A stretch of DNA of 32,000 nucleotides from Candidatus Pelagibacter sp. HTCC7211. GTDB lineage: Bacteria; Pseudomonadota; Alphaproteobacteria; Pelagibacterales; Pelagibacteraceae. The stretch covers positions 900,001 to 932,000 of the forward strand of contig NZ_DS995298.1 in NCBI RefSeq assembly GCF_000155895.1, read 5' to 3'. The translations under genes and the position numbers were made by a program. The notes beneath the pieces were generated by a model. The model did no database searches. It saw only the letters and a program-made list of their open reading frames with translations, and was not told the origin of the DNA. Shown one piece after another: positions 10,094 through 18,748 of this stretch. The first letter of the stretch is position 1, and the number at the start of each line of letters is the position of its first letter.

Positions 10094-10136
10094 TTAATTT
10101 ATTGGATTAATTAATAATTATTATATTTATTTACAT

Positions 10137-11168
10137 ATGTACAGTCAGAATAGTCATTTAAATTATCAACTTAAGATTTGGTTATTTTTATTATTAGGGT
10201 TAGTTATTTTGATAATTCTTGTTGGTGGATTAACCAGACTAACAGATTCAGGTTTATCAATTACAACATGGGAATTATTTGTAGGTCTTGTACCTCCACT
10301 ATCTAATGAGAAATGGATTAATTATTTTGATCTTTATAAAACAATACCAGAATTTAGTGAACAAAATTTTAATATGACATTAAATGAATTTAAAGTAATT
10401 TTTTGGTGGGAATGGATTCATAGACAATTAGGAAGATTAATTGGATTAACTGTATTGCTGCCATTAATTTATTTTACAATTAAACATGGTTTATGGATTC
10501 TAAGAAGATTTGGAATAATTTTTATACTAGTTTGTTTTCAAGGTTTTATAGGATGGTATATGGTTTCAAGTGGTTTAGTAGATAGAGTTGATGTTAGCCA
10601 TTATAGATTGTCGCTACATTTAGTTACAGCTTTCATTATATTGTCAGTAATATTTTGGAAAATTCTACAAATCAAAAATATTCAAAAAACTGGAATTTCA
10701 ATTAGATTATATCTTTTTAAGTTTTTTCTTTTACTCTTATTTTTACAATTAATAATTGGTGCATTTGTATCAGGTATGGATGCTGGCACAGTTTATAATA
10801 CTTGGCCTTTAATGGGAACCTCATATTTTCCGGACGATAGTAAAATATTAGAATTTTTAAATATCTCTTTTTTTAACAACCCATCAATAGTCCAATTCGT
10901 TCATAGAAACTTAGCATATTTAATTGTTATAATTTATGCCTATTTATTATTTCTGGTTATTAGAGAAAATAATAGAATATTTATAAAACCAATTTTATTA
11001 ATTGGTGTAAGTTTATTTTTACAAGTTATTCTAGGTGTGATGACGCTTTTATCTGGAGTAAAAATTACTTATGCATCTTTACACCAGATAAATTCAATTT
11101 TTATTATACTTACAACTTTATATTTTCTTTATATTTCTAAATATAAAAAATTAAACAACAGCTTTTAA
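10137..11168 (+). CDS. ctaA: Heme A synthase (COX15/CtaA)
   Basis: Polytopic membrane protein with GGLTRLTDSGLSITTW, EWIHRQLGR and HQINS His motifs typical of COX15/CtaA. Confidence 0.85.
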   Translation: MYSQNSHLNYQLKIWLFLLLGLVILIILVGGLTRLTDSGLSITTWELFVGLVPPLSNEKWINYFDLYKTIPEFSEQNFNMTLNEFKVIFWWEWIHRQLGRLIGLTVLLPLIYFTIKHGLWILRRFGIIFILVCFQGFIGWYMVSSGLVDRVDVSHYRLSLHLVTAFIILSVIFWKILQIKNIQKTGISIRLYLFKFFLLLLFLQLIIGAFVSGMDAGTVYNTWPLMGTSYFPDDSKILEFLNISFFNNPSIVQFVHRNLAYLIVIIYAYLLFLVIRENNRIFIKPILLIGVSLFLQVILGVMTLLSGVKITYASLHQINSIFIILTTLYFLYISKYKKLNNSF

Positions 11169-12479
11169 ATTAGGTTTTGAAGATTTATTCAAAGCTTGAT
11201 TTAAATCATCAATAATGTCATCAATGTGTTCAATACCAATACAAAGTCTTACATAACTTTGAGTTACACCTGATGCTGCTAATTCTTTTTCATTTAATTG
11301 ACTATGAGTAGTACTAGCAGGGTGAATAGCCAAACTTCTAGCATCACCAATATTTGCTACATGATAAAACATTTTTAAAGACTCGATAAACTTTTTACCA
11401 GCTTCAATACCACCTTTTAATTCGATACCTACCATTGGTCCATTTCCACCTTTTAGATATTTGGAAGCTCTATCAGCTATTGTTTTTTCATGTTCTGTTG
11501 AATAAATAACTTTTGTTACTTCATCATGTGTTTTTAGGAAATTAACTACTTTTTGAGCATTTTCACAATGTTGTTTCATTCTAAGGGCAACAGTTTCGAG
11601 ACCTTGAATAATGGCAAAAGCATTATCTGGAGCAAGTGCTGAACCTAAATCCCTTAATAAACAAACTCTTGCTCTAACAGCAAAAGGTATGTTTGCTCCA
11701 GTTAATTCTGGAACAACTTTTCCCCAAATAGCTCCACCATAACTTGCGTCAGGTTCGTTAAATAATGGCTGTCTGTTTGGATCAGCTGTCCAATCAAAAT
11801 TTCCACTATCAACAATACTCCCCGCTACAGCAGTTCCATGTCCACCTATATATTTTGTTAAAGAATGAATTACTATAGCTGCACCATGTTCAATTGGTTT
11901 ACAAATAACAGGAGAAGCTGTGTTATCCATAATTAATGGAATATTATACTTTCTACCTATATCAGAAACTTCTTTGATTGGAAAAACTCTCAAATAAGGA
12001 TTTGGTAATGTTTCACCATAAAAAGCTCTAGTTTTATCATCAACTAATTTTTCAAAATTTTTAGGATCACTTGGGTCTGCATATCTTATTTCAATCCCTA
12101 ATTTGCTTAACGTGTGAGTGAATAAAGATACTGTTCCACCGTATAGATCAGTTGAGCTAATAATATTATCTCCTGCTTGAGCTACATTTAAAATTGCAAA
12201 CGTAGAAGCCGTTTGACCTGAAGAAACAGTTAGACACGCTAAACCACCTTCTAATGCAGCAACTCTTTTTTCTAACGCATCATTAGTTGGATTCATTATT
12301 CTTGTGTAAATATTTCCAAACTCCTTTAATGCAAAAAGATTAGCTGCATGATCTGTGCTAGTAAACTCATAGGATGTTGTTCTATATATTGGTACTGCTA
12401 CAGCGTTAGTTGTTGGATCGCTTCTGTAATTACCACCGTGAATAGCAATTGTCTCAGGGTTGTTTCGTTTTGTACTCAT
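11151..12479 (-). CDS. metY: O-acetylhomoserine sulfhydrylase (aminocarboxypropyltransferase)
   Basis: PLP-dependent Cys/Met metabolism family, with SLTKYIGGHG (PLP lysine), YTRIMNPT and ARSLAIHPASTTH. Confidence 0.9.
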   Translation of the reverse strand: MSTKRNNPETIAIHGGNYRSDPTTNAVAVPIYRTTSYEFTSTDHAANLFALKEFGNIYTRIMNPTNDALEKRVAALEGGLACLTVSSGQTASTFAILNVAQAGDNIISSTDLYGGTVSLFTHTLSKLGIEIRYADPSDPKNFEKLVDDKTRAFYGETLPNPYLRVFPIKEVSDIGRKYNIPLIMDNTASPVICKPIEHGAAIVIHSLTKYIGGHGTAVAGSIVDSGNFDWTADPNRQPLFNEPDASYGGAIWGKVVPELTGANIPFAVRARVCLLRDLGSALAPDNAFAIIQGLETVALRMKQHCENAQKVVNFLKTHDEVTKVIYSTEHEKTIADRASKYLKGGNGPMVGIELKGGIEAGKKFIESLKMFYHVANIGDARSLAIHPASTTHSQLNEKELAASGVTQSYVRLCIGIEHIDDIIDDLNQALNKSSKPNLKAVV

Positions 12480-12485
12480 TTTTAC

Positions 12486-12600
12486 TCCTTTTTTAGTGCT
12501 TTAACTTTATGTTAGGCGCACAATACAGTTCAAATGCCTACCGATTATGTTTTGAAAGTTCCTTTTTAGCAGTTTTACGCCCGCAATAGGATCAAATCGG
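12486..12600 (-). promoter_or_regulatory. Probable tandem SAM-II-like / SAM-V-like riboswitch aptamers in the metY leader
   Basis: The minus-strand RNA carries two related elements. Aptamer 1 (12600..12561) reads CCGAUUUGAUCCUAUUGCGGGCGUAAAACUGCUAAAAAGG. Aptamer 2 (12527..12486) reads UGUAUUGUGCGCCUAACAUAAAGUUAAAGCACUAAAAAAGGAG, and its 3' end is the metY Shine-Dalgarno. Both share UAUUG(C/U)G..GC...GC(U/AC)UAAAAA(A)GG. This resembles my recollection of the SAM-II/SAM-V pseudoknot consensus, and SAM-V was defined on Pelagibacter metY leaders. Confidence 0.7.
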
Positions 12601-12617
12601 CAAATACTTTCTATCAG

Positions 12618-12647
12618 ATTAGACTTATTTTACAAGGCAAATATCAA
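12618..12647 (-). promoter_or_regulatory. Candidate sigma70-type promoter for metY leader
   Basis: Minus strand reads TTGATA (12647..12642), N18, TCTAAT (12623..12618). That places the transcription start about 10-15 nt upstream of aptamer 1. Confidence 0.3.
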
Positions 12648-12648
12648 A

Positions 12649-12676
12649 TTGACTTTGTAATTAATAATAGTATTAA
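12649..12676 (+). promoter_or_regulatory. Candidate sigma70-type promoter for rplM-rpsI
   Basis: TTGACT (12649-12654), N16, TATTAA (12671-12676). The -10 element ends only 10 nt before the rplM ATG. Confidence 0.35.
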
Positions 12677-12686
12677 TCCTGGCACA

Positions 12687-13145
12687 ATGACAAAATTCGT
12701 AAAAAAAGACCAATTAAATTCTTCATGGTATGAAATAGATGCAACTAATGCAGTTGTTGGAAGATTAGCTACAGTTGTTTCTAAGATTATAAGAGGAAAA
12801 AACAAAACTACTTATACACCTCATATGGATCATGGAGATTTTGTTGTAGTAAAAAATATTGAACAAGCAAAGTTTACTGGTAAAAAATTTCAAGAAAAAA
12901 AATATTATAGACATACAGGTCATCCAGGTGGGATTAAAGTTGCAACACCTGAAAAATTATATGAAAAAAAACCAGGTGAAACTCTAAAACTTGCTGTAAA
13001 AAGAATGTTGCCAGGTGGAGTTCTAGGAAGAAAACAACTAACTAAACTTAAAATTTATTCTGGTAACGATCACCCTCATTCAGCTCAAAATCCTCAAGTG
13101 ATCGAACTTGAAAAATTAAATAGCAAAAATCTAGTAAGAAATTAA
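12687..13145 (+). CDS. rplM: 50S ribosomal protein L13
   Basis: W..IDA....GRLAT.V...IRGK...YTPH.D.GD.VVV.N pattern. Confidence 0.95.
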   Translation: MTKFVKKDQLNSSWYEIDATNAVVGRLATVVSKIIRGKNKTTYTPHMDHGDFVVVKNIEQAKFTGKKFQEKKYYRHTGHPGGIKVATPEKLYEKKPGETLKLAVKRMLPGGVLGRKQLTKLKIYSGNDHPHSAQNPQVIELEKLNSKNLVRN

Positions 13146-13146
13146 T

Positions 13147-13584
13147 ATGGAAAATACTCAAACAACATCAAAATCACCTAAATTAAAACTAGATTTTAAG
13201 GATAGTAAATACGCAACTGGAAGAAGAAAAACTTCAATAGCTAAAGTTTGGTTAAAAAAAGGTACTGGAAAAATATATGTGAATGGCAAACTTTTTAATG
13301 AATATTTTTCAAGTGAATTTCATCATCTTCAAATAACTAGGCCGTTTGATATTATTAACCAATCTACAGGATACGATGTAAGATGTAGTGTTAGCGGAGG
13401 CGGTCCTACTGGACAGGCAGGAGCCATGGTTCATGGAATTTCAAAAGCTCTAGTAATGTTTGATGAAAGTTTTAAAACTACATTAAAGACCGAAAAACTT
13501 ACTACAAGAGACTCTAGAGCTGTTGAGAGAAAGAAACCAGGCAGAAGAAAAGCTAGAAGAAGTTTCCAATTCTCTAAAAGATAA
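13147..13584 (+). CDS. rpsI: 30S ribosomal protein S9
   Basis: ATGRRKTSIA...GGG.TGQAGA..HGISKAL...TRDSRAVERKKPGRRKARRSFQFSKR. Confidence 0.95.
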   Translation: MENTQTTSKSPKLKLDFKDSKYATGRRKTSIAKVWLKKGTGKIYVNGKLFNEYFSSEFHHLQITRPFDIINQSTGYDVRCSVSGGGPTGQAGAMVHGISKALVMFDESFKTTLKTEKLTTRDSRAVERKKPGRRKARRSFQFSKR

Positions 13585-13618
13585 TTTTTTTTTAATTTTT
13601 TAACTGTTATAATAAATT

Positions 13619-14638
13619 ATGCCTAAGCTTAATGCATTAGTTGCTGGTTCAACTGGATATATTGGTGTTCAATTAATAAAATTATTAGTTAAACATAAAT
13701 ATATTAATATTAAATATTTATGTGGAAATACCTCTGTTGGTAAAAAAATTACTTATTATGATAAATCATTATCAAATAAAGAATTACCTAAAATTGTTAA
13801 ATTTAATAAAAACCTTTTAAAAGATATAGATGTAATTTTTACAGCTCTTCCAAATGGAGAAGCTCAAGATATTTCAAAATATTTAACGAAAAATATTACT
13901 TTAATTGATTTAGCTGCTGATTTTAGATTAGAAAAAACATCTGATTATCTTAAATGGTATAAGCAAAAACATAGAGCAAAAAATTTAATAAAAAAAAGTA
14001 TATATTCTCTTCCAGAAATTAACGGCAAAGAATTAAACAATTATCAAATTATTTCATGCCCAGGATGTTATCCAACCTCTATATTGTTACCCCTAATACC
14101 TCTTTTTGAAAGTAATTTAGTAAAAGTAAAAAATATAATTATGGATTCTAAATCAGGTTATTCAGGTGCTGGTAGAGGAGTTCATAAAAAATATAAAGAT
14201 AAAAATCTTTATGAATCTTTAAGTGCCTACGGTGTTGGGTTTCATCGTCATAATTCTGAAATAGATCAAATGTTAAAAAAATATACTAAAAAAGAAATTA
14301 ATTTTAGTTTTACACCTCATCTAACACCTATGTTTAGAGGAATCTTGAGTACCATTTATATAGATTTGGAAATTGGTGTTACACAGTCAGATGTTGTTAA
14401 AAAACTCTCAACATTTTATCAAAAAGATAATTTTGTTAGGATCTTAAAAAAAAATACTTTAATCAGCACTAACGATGTGATTAATACAAATAATTGCCAT
14501 ATATCAGTTTGTAAATCAAAATATAAAAATAAAATTGTAATACTTTCTGCTATTGATAACTTGATTAAAGGTGGCGCAGGTCAAGCTGTACAAAATTTAA
14601 ATATGAAATTTAATTTTCCCTTAAAAACTGCATTGTAA
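13619..14638 (+). CDS. argC: N-acetyl-gamma-glutamyl-phosphate reductase
   Basis: GSTGYIG NAD-binding N-terminus, active-site CPGCYPTS, and C-terminal DNLIKGGAGQAVQN. Confidence 0.9.
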   Translation: MPKLNALVAGSTGYIGVQLIKLLVKHKYINIKYLCGNTSVGKKITYYDKSLSNKELPKIVKFNKNLLKDIDVIFTALPNGEAQDISKYLTKNITLIDLAADFRLEKTSDYLKWYKQKHRAKNLIKKSIYSLPEINGKELNNYQIISCPGCYPTSILLPLIPLFESNLVKVKNIIMDSKSGYSGAGRGVHKKYKDKNLYESLSAYGVGFHRHNSEIDQMLKKYTKKEINFSFTPHLTPMFRGILSTIYIDLEIGVTQSDVVKKLSTFYQKDNFVRILKKNTLISTNDVINTNNCHISVCKSKYKNKIVILSAIDNLIKGGAGQAVQNLNMKFNFPLKTAL

Positions 14639-14865
14639 TGAAATTTACTTTTATTTTATCTTTATTCTTTATTTTAAGTAATTGTTCACTAAATACAGAT
14701 TCTAAATATTGGACAGAAGATGTAGAAAAAAGAAAAGAAAATCAAAAAAAATTATCTAAGATATTAAAAAAGACAGACGATATAACAACTATGACACTTG
14801 AGGAATATAAGATTTATATAGATGACCATACAAAAAAAAGTAAATATCCAGATATAAGCCAATGA
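14638..14865 (+). CDS. Small predicted lipoprotein, unknown function
   Basis: Signal peptide with lipobox ILSNC. Translationally coupled on both sides (TAATG with argC, ATGA with hom). No recognisable domain. Confidence 0.55.
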   Translation: MKFTFILSLFFILSNCSLNTDSKYWTEDVEKRKENQKKLSKILKKTDDITTMTLEEYKIYIDDHTKKSKYPDISQ

Positions 14866-16154
14866 AAAATATAATTAATATTGCTGTAATAGGTTTGGGT
14901 CAAGTTGGAATTTATCTTTTAAATGAATTAAATTTAAAAAAAAAAGATATTGAGATTAAAACTGGAAAAAAAATAAATATTGTAGCTGTTTCTGCAAAAA
15001 ATTTTAATAAAAAAAGACAATTTAATTTTGATAAAAAAAATTTTTTTAAAAATCCTTTAGAAATTTTTAAAAAGAAAAAAGTTGATATTTTATTTGAAGC
15101 AATTGGACAATCCGACGGTGTTTCAAAAAAAATTGTTGAAACAGCTTTGAAAAATAAAACACATGTAATTACACCCAATAAAGCTTTAATATCTAAACAT
15201 GGAAATAATTTAGCAAAACTTGCTGAAAAAAATAATGTTAACTTTGAATTTGAGGCATCAGTAGCAGGTGGAATACCTGTATTGAGATCTATCAAAGAAG
15301 GTTTAGCAACAAATAAAATTTCAAAAGTTTATGGAATTTTAAATGGTACCTCCAATTATATTCTTTCTGAGATGGAAAATTCAAATCTCAATTTTTCAGA
15401 TGTTCTTAAAAAAGCCCAAAAACTTGGTTATGCTGAACCTGGCAATCCTAAATTAGACTTAAATGGATTTGATGCTTTTGCAAAAGTTAGAATTCTATCA
15501 GCTTTAGCATTTCATAGTAAAATTTCTTCATACAAATGTCTAATGGAAGGAATAGAAAAAATTGAATTAAAAGATATTAAAATAGCTAACCAATTAGATT
15601 TAAGAATTAAATTACTCGGCATTTCTGAGTTAAAAAATAATCAACTTTTTGAAACAGTTCATCCATGTCTTGTGAGTAAAAAATCCTATATAGGAAATGT
15701 TAATGGTGTAATGAATGCCGTTATAATTGAAGGAAAACCAGTTGGTGAAAGTATTTTACAAGGGGAGGGCGCTGGACCTGGCCCTACATCTTCTGCTCTA
15801 TTGTCTGATCTATTATCTATATTACGAGGTAATATTAAAAGACCATTTGGTGTCAGTGCTTCAAAGCTGAAAACTCTAAAACCATATAATTCAAATAATT
15901 ATGTTAATTCTTTATATTTAAGATTTGAAGTTAAAGATAAACCAGGCGTATTATCTCAAATTACTAATCGTTTAGCTAAGTATAAAATTTCAATTAAAAG
16001 AATTATTCAAACTCCAGATAAAAAAAATAATAAAGCTACAATTGTAATAATTTCACACAAAACGACGGAGTTAAATTGCAATAATTGCTTATCTATTTTC
16101 AAAAATAATAAGAATATACTTAAAAATCCAACATTGATTAGATTACTTGATTAA
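14862..16154 (+). CDS. hom: Homoserine dehydrogenase
   Basis: NAD-binding N-terminus (IGLGQVG), catalytic domain (ILNGTSNYILSEM, LGYAEPGNPKLDLNG.DA..K) and a C-terminal ACT domain (DKPGVLSQITNRLAKYKISI). Confidence 0.9.
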   Translation: MKNIINIAVIGLGQVGIYLLNELNLKKKDIEIKTGKKINIVAVSAKNFNKKRQFNFDKKNFFKNPLEIFKKKKVDILFEAIGQSDGVSKKIVETALKNKTHVITPNKALISKHGNNLAKLAEKNNVNFEFEASVAGGIPVLRSIKEGLATNKISKVYGILNGTSNYILSEMENSNLNFSDVLKKAQKLGYAEPGNPKLDLNGFDAFAKVRILSALAFHSKISSYKCLMEGIEKIELKDIKIANQLDLRIKLLGISELKNNQLFETVHPCLVSKKSYIGNVNGVMNAVIIEGKPVGESILQGEGAGPGPTSSALLSDLLSILRGNIKRPFGVSASKLKTLKPYNSNNYVNSLYLRFEVKDKPGVLSQITNRLAKYKISIKRIIQTPDKKNNKATIVIISHKTTELNCNNCLSIFKNNKNILKNPTLIRLLD

Positions 16155-16156
16155 TA

Positions 16157-17059
16157 ATGGATTTATACATTAAACTTTTTGAAGTTTTATTTCCTGTTTT
16201 TTTTGTTGTTGGGATTGGTTACTATCTTGGAAAAAAAAATCCAAAAATAGATACAACATTCATAACAAATTTTGCTGCTAATGTAGGTACACCAGCAATG
16301 ATTATTTATGCATTAACAGCCACTGGAACATCATTTGAAATTTTCAAAAATTATTTTTGGTATTACTTGATAGCAATTATAATTTTTTCTTTAATTGGTG
16401 TAATCTTTTTATTTTTACTTAATACTAAAGATATCATTCGTGAATTGCCTCCATTTATAATGCCAAACACTGGTAATATGGGTTTACCTATATGCTTATT
16501 TGCTTATGGATCACAAGGTTTAGGTGTTGCAGCTGCAATTTCAGCCTTGATAATATTGAGTCATTTCACATTAGGTATATTTCTTGCAGCTAGAAAATTT
16601 AATTTTGATGTAATTCTTAAAAGTCCTCCATTTTATACAATTATAATTTCTGTTCTTTTACTTTATTTCGAAATTGAGACTCCAGTCTTTATTGAAAACA
16701 CAACTTTTTTATTAATGTATGCAACTATATTTTTAATTTTAATGTCTCTAGGAATTGCACTTACTCGATTTAAAGTTTTTTCTTTTAAAAAAGCTTTAGT
16801 CTCGTCAATAGGTAGAGTTATTCTTGGTCCTATAGTAGGTTTCTTATTAATAAGATATTTTAATTTATCAGGATTTGCAGCTGGTGTTCTACTAATTCAA
16901 TGCTCAATGCCATCAGCAGTATTAAATTACCTTGTTGCATCAATTTACTCACCAAAAAAAATTATTGATAGTGTTGCTAGTACAATTGTAGTTTCAACAC
17001 TAATGTCATTTATTACAATACCTATTGTTGTATTCTTTGCTTTAAAATACTTCAATTAA
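16157..17059 (+). CDS. AEC (auxin efflux carrier) family permease
   Basis: 300-aa, roughly 10-TM protein with an AEC-type N-terminus (FPVFFVVGIGYYLGK) and NTGNMGLP motif. Confidence 0.75.
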   Translation: MDLYIKLFEVLFPVFFVVGIGYYLGKKNPKIDTTFITNFAANVGTPAMIIYALTATGTSFEIFKNYFWYYLIAIIIFSLIGVIFLFLLNTKDIIRELPPFIMPNTGNMGLPICLFAYGSQGLGVAAAISALIILSHFTLGIFLAARKFNFDVILKSPPFYTIIISVLLLYFEIETPVFIENTTFLLMYATIFLILMSLGIALTRFKVFSFKKALVSSIGRVILGPIVGFLLIRYFNLSGFAAGVLLIQCSMPSAVLNYLVASIYSPKKIIDSVASTIVVSTLMSFITIPIVVFFALKYFN

Positions 17060-17076
17060 AATGTATCTATTGGCTT

Positions 17077-17931
17077 ATGAAAGCCATTATTTTTAGTTTA
17101 CTTGGATGGATGTTTTTACCTGTCATGGATGGTTTTGCTAAATTTTTGAGTGATGATCTTCCAATATTACAAATAACTTGGGCAAGATATTTTTTTACGG
17201 TTTTTTTTACACTTCCAATAATGATATTTTTTTTTAAAAAACAACTAGTGTGGTCCGACAAACCTAAATTACAAATATTAAGAGGTATAATATTGCTATC
17301 AGCTAATATTTGTTTTTTTTATGCAATATCTATAATTTCTTTGGCGAAAGCATTAACTTTAGCTTTTGTAGCACCTTTAATTGTAACTACATTTTCACCT
17401 GTTATGCTAGGAGAGAAAGTGGGTTTTAGAAGATGGACAGCAGTGGTAGTTGGTTTTACTGGTTCTTTAGTAGTGATTAGACCTGGTTTTGTTGAGTTAA
17501 ATTTTGCTAGTTTAGCAGCATTAGGAACTGGCATTCTTTATGGATTTTATTTAATAATAACTCGAAAATTAAGTACTTCAGATAATCCACTTTTAACGCT
17601 TTTAATGACTGGAATGGTAGGGGCCATACTTGTTTCAGCAATTATTCCCTTTTATTGGGTAAAACCATCACTAAATCAATGGTCTTTAATGGCTGGTATA
17701 GGCGTTTTCGCGTGCATAGGGCATTTATTTTTGATATTATCCCTCAAATATGCTGATGCCTCTAAATTAGCTCCTTTAGGCTATACAGAGATAATACCAA
17801 ATGTATTAATAGGCTATTATTTTTTTAGTGAGTTCCCTGATAAATGGACATATGTAGGTTTATTAATCATCATTTTAAGTGGTTTATATATATTTAGACG
17901 AGAATATATACTTACTAGGTCTAAATATTAG
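17077..17931 (+). CDS. EamA/DMT family transporter
   Basis: 284-aa 10-TM protein with duplicated EamA-like halves (RWTAVVVGFTGSLVVIRPG linker). Confidence 0.8.
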   Translation: MKAIIFSLLGWMFLPVMDGFAKFLSDDLPILQITWARYFFTVFFTLPIMIFFFKKQLVWSDKPKLQILRGIILLSANICFFYAISIISLAKALTLAFVAPLIVTTFSPVMLGEKVGFRRWTAVVVGFTGSLVVIRPGFVELNFASLAALGTGILYGFYLIITRKLSTSDNPLLTLLMTGMVGAILVSAIIPFYWVKPSLNQWSLMAGIGVFACIGHLFLILSLKYADASKLAPLGYTEIIPNVLIGYYFFSEFPDKWTYVGLLIIILSGLYIFRREYILTRSKY

Positions 17932-17954
17932 TAATTAAATATTTACTATTATCT

Positions 17955-17998
17955 AATCTATTACATTAATATTATATTATAAACTATTGTAATTATTA
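17955..17998 (+). repeat. Copy 1 of a 44-bp imperfect direct repeat
   Basis: aatctattacattaatattatattataaactattgtaattatta matches 19161-19204 at 35 of 44 positions in an ungapped hand alignment. Confidence 0.5.
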
Positions 17999-18472
17999 TA
18001 ATATCTTAATAAAAAATTTAATAATAATTTAGGATAAGTTTAATAAAATACTTAATATTTTTAAAAAATAATAAGATAATTTGGATACTAATCAGAGAAA
18101 AAAGGCAAATAAGACAAGTATAAAAATACAGAATTAACAGTAAGCTTTTAAAATGTTTAATAGCAATGGTTTTTTAAGGTTTGAATTTTCATTATTTGAA
18201 TAAATATAAAAATAGGTGAGTAGGGTTGAAGAAATTCATTTAAAATTGATAAGATTTTGCACATTAAATTAACCTTGGTATCATTGCAAACTAGAGCAAT
18301 GCAGTTATAGAATATATGTTTTAATCGGCCATAGAGGTGCTTTATTTTGCTATATCTCGATATATAGTACAACTAAAGGGTGCATAGCACTATTTATGCT
18401 AAAATATACTTAAAAATTGAAAAATTGTTGATTATGCTAGTTTTTTGACGATAAAATAGGCTTAAAATACCT

Positions 18473-18748
18473 CTAAATATTAACTTTTTCAGATCTCAAT
18501 AATCGCAGCTTTGTCTTAATTCCCCCTCTACCTGAGTATCCACCAAGACCTCCATCGGACCGAATTACTCTATGGCAAGGTATTTTCGGGGCATATGGGT
18601 TTTTTCCGATAGCATTAGCTACTGCTCTATGAGCTTTTGGCTTTCCAATAGCTTTTGCCACTTGCAGGTAAGTTCTAATTTCTCCTTTTGGTATTTTTTT
18701 TAGGTAATTCCAAACTTTTATCTGAAATTTAGTCCCTTTTAAGTTCAT
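18473..18748 (-). CDS. Methylated-DNA-protein-cysteine methyltransferase, C-terminal-domain-only (mini-MGMT)
   Basis: FQIKVWNYLKKIPKGEIRTYLQVA...HRAVANAIGKNP..PKIPCHRVIRSDGGLGGY contains the PCHRV active-site cysteine. Start ATG 18748 (MNLKGTKFQ) is preferred over the track's 18805, which would overlap GNAT by 77 nt. Confidence 0.8.
   Translation of the reverse strand: MNLKGTKFQIKVWNYLKKIPKGEIRTYLQVAKAIGKPKAHRAVANAIGKNPYAPKIPCHRVIRSDGGLGGYSGRGGIKTKLRLLRSEKVNI

Noticed and set aside
14912-15295. 127-aa ORF antisense to hom, and the similar 123-aa ORF at 27513..27884 antisense to glpX
   Set aside because: hom and glpX are unambiguous on the opposite strand. The antisense translations have no motifs and are mirror-frame artefacts.
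18157-18372. 71-aa minus-strand ORF inside the long spacer
   Set aside because: Its composition is odd (Cys/His/Tyr-rich, no hydrophobic core pattern or motif). It has no SD or promoter context. An open frame of this length can arise by chance in 541 bp examined in six frames. It is kept only as a possible pseudogene remnant under the spacer finding.
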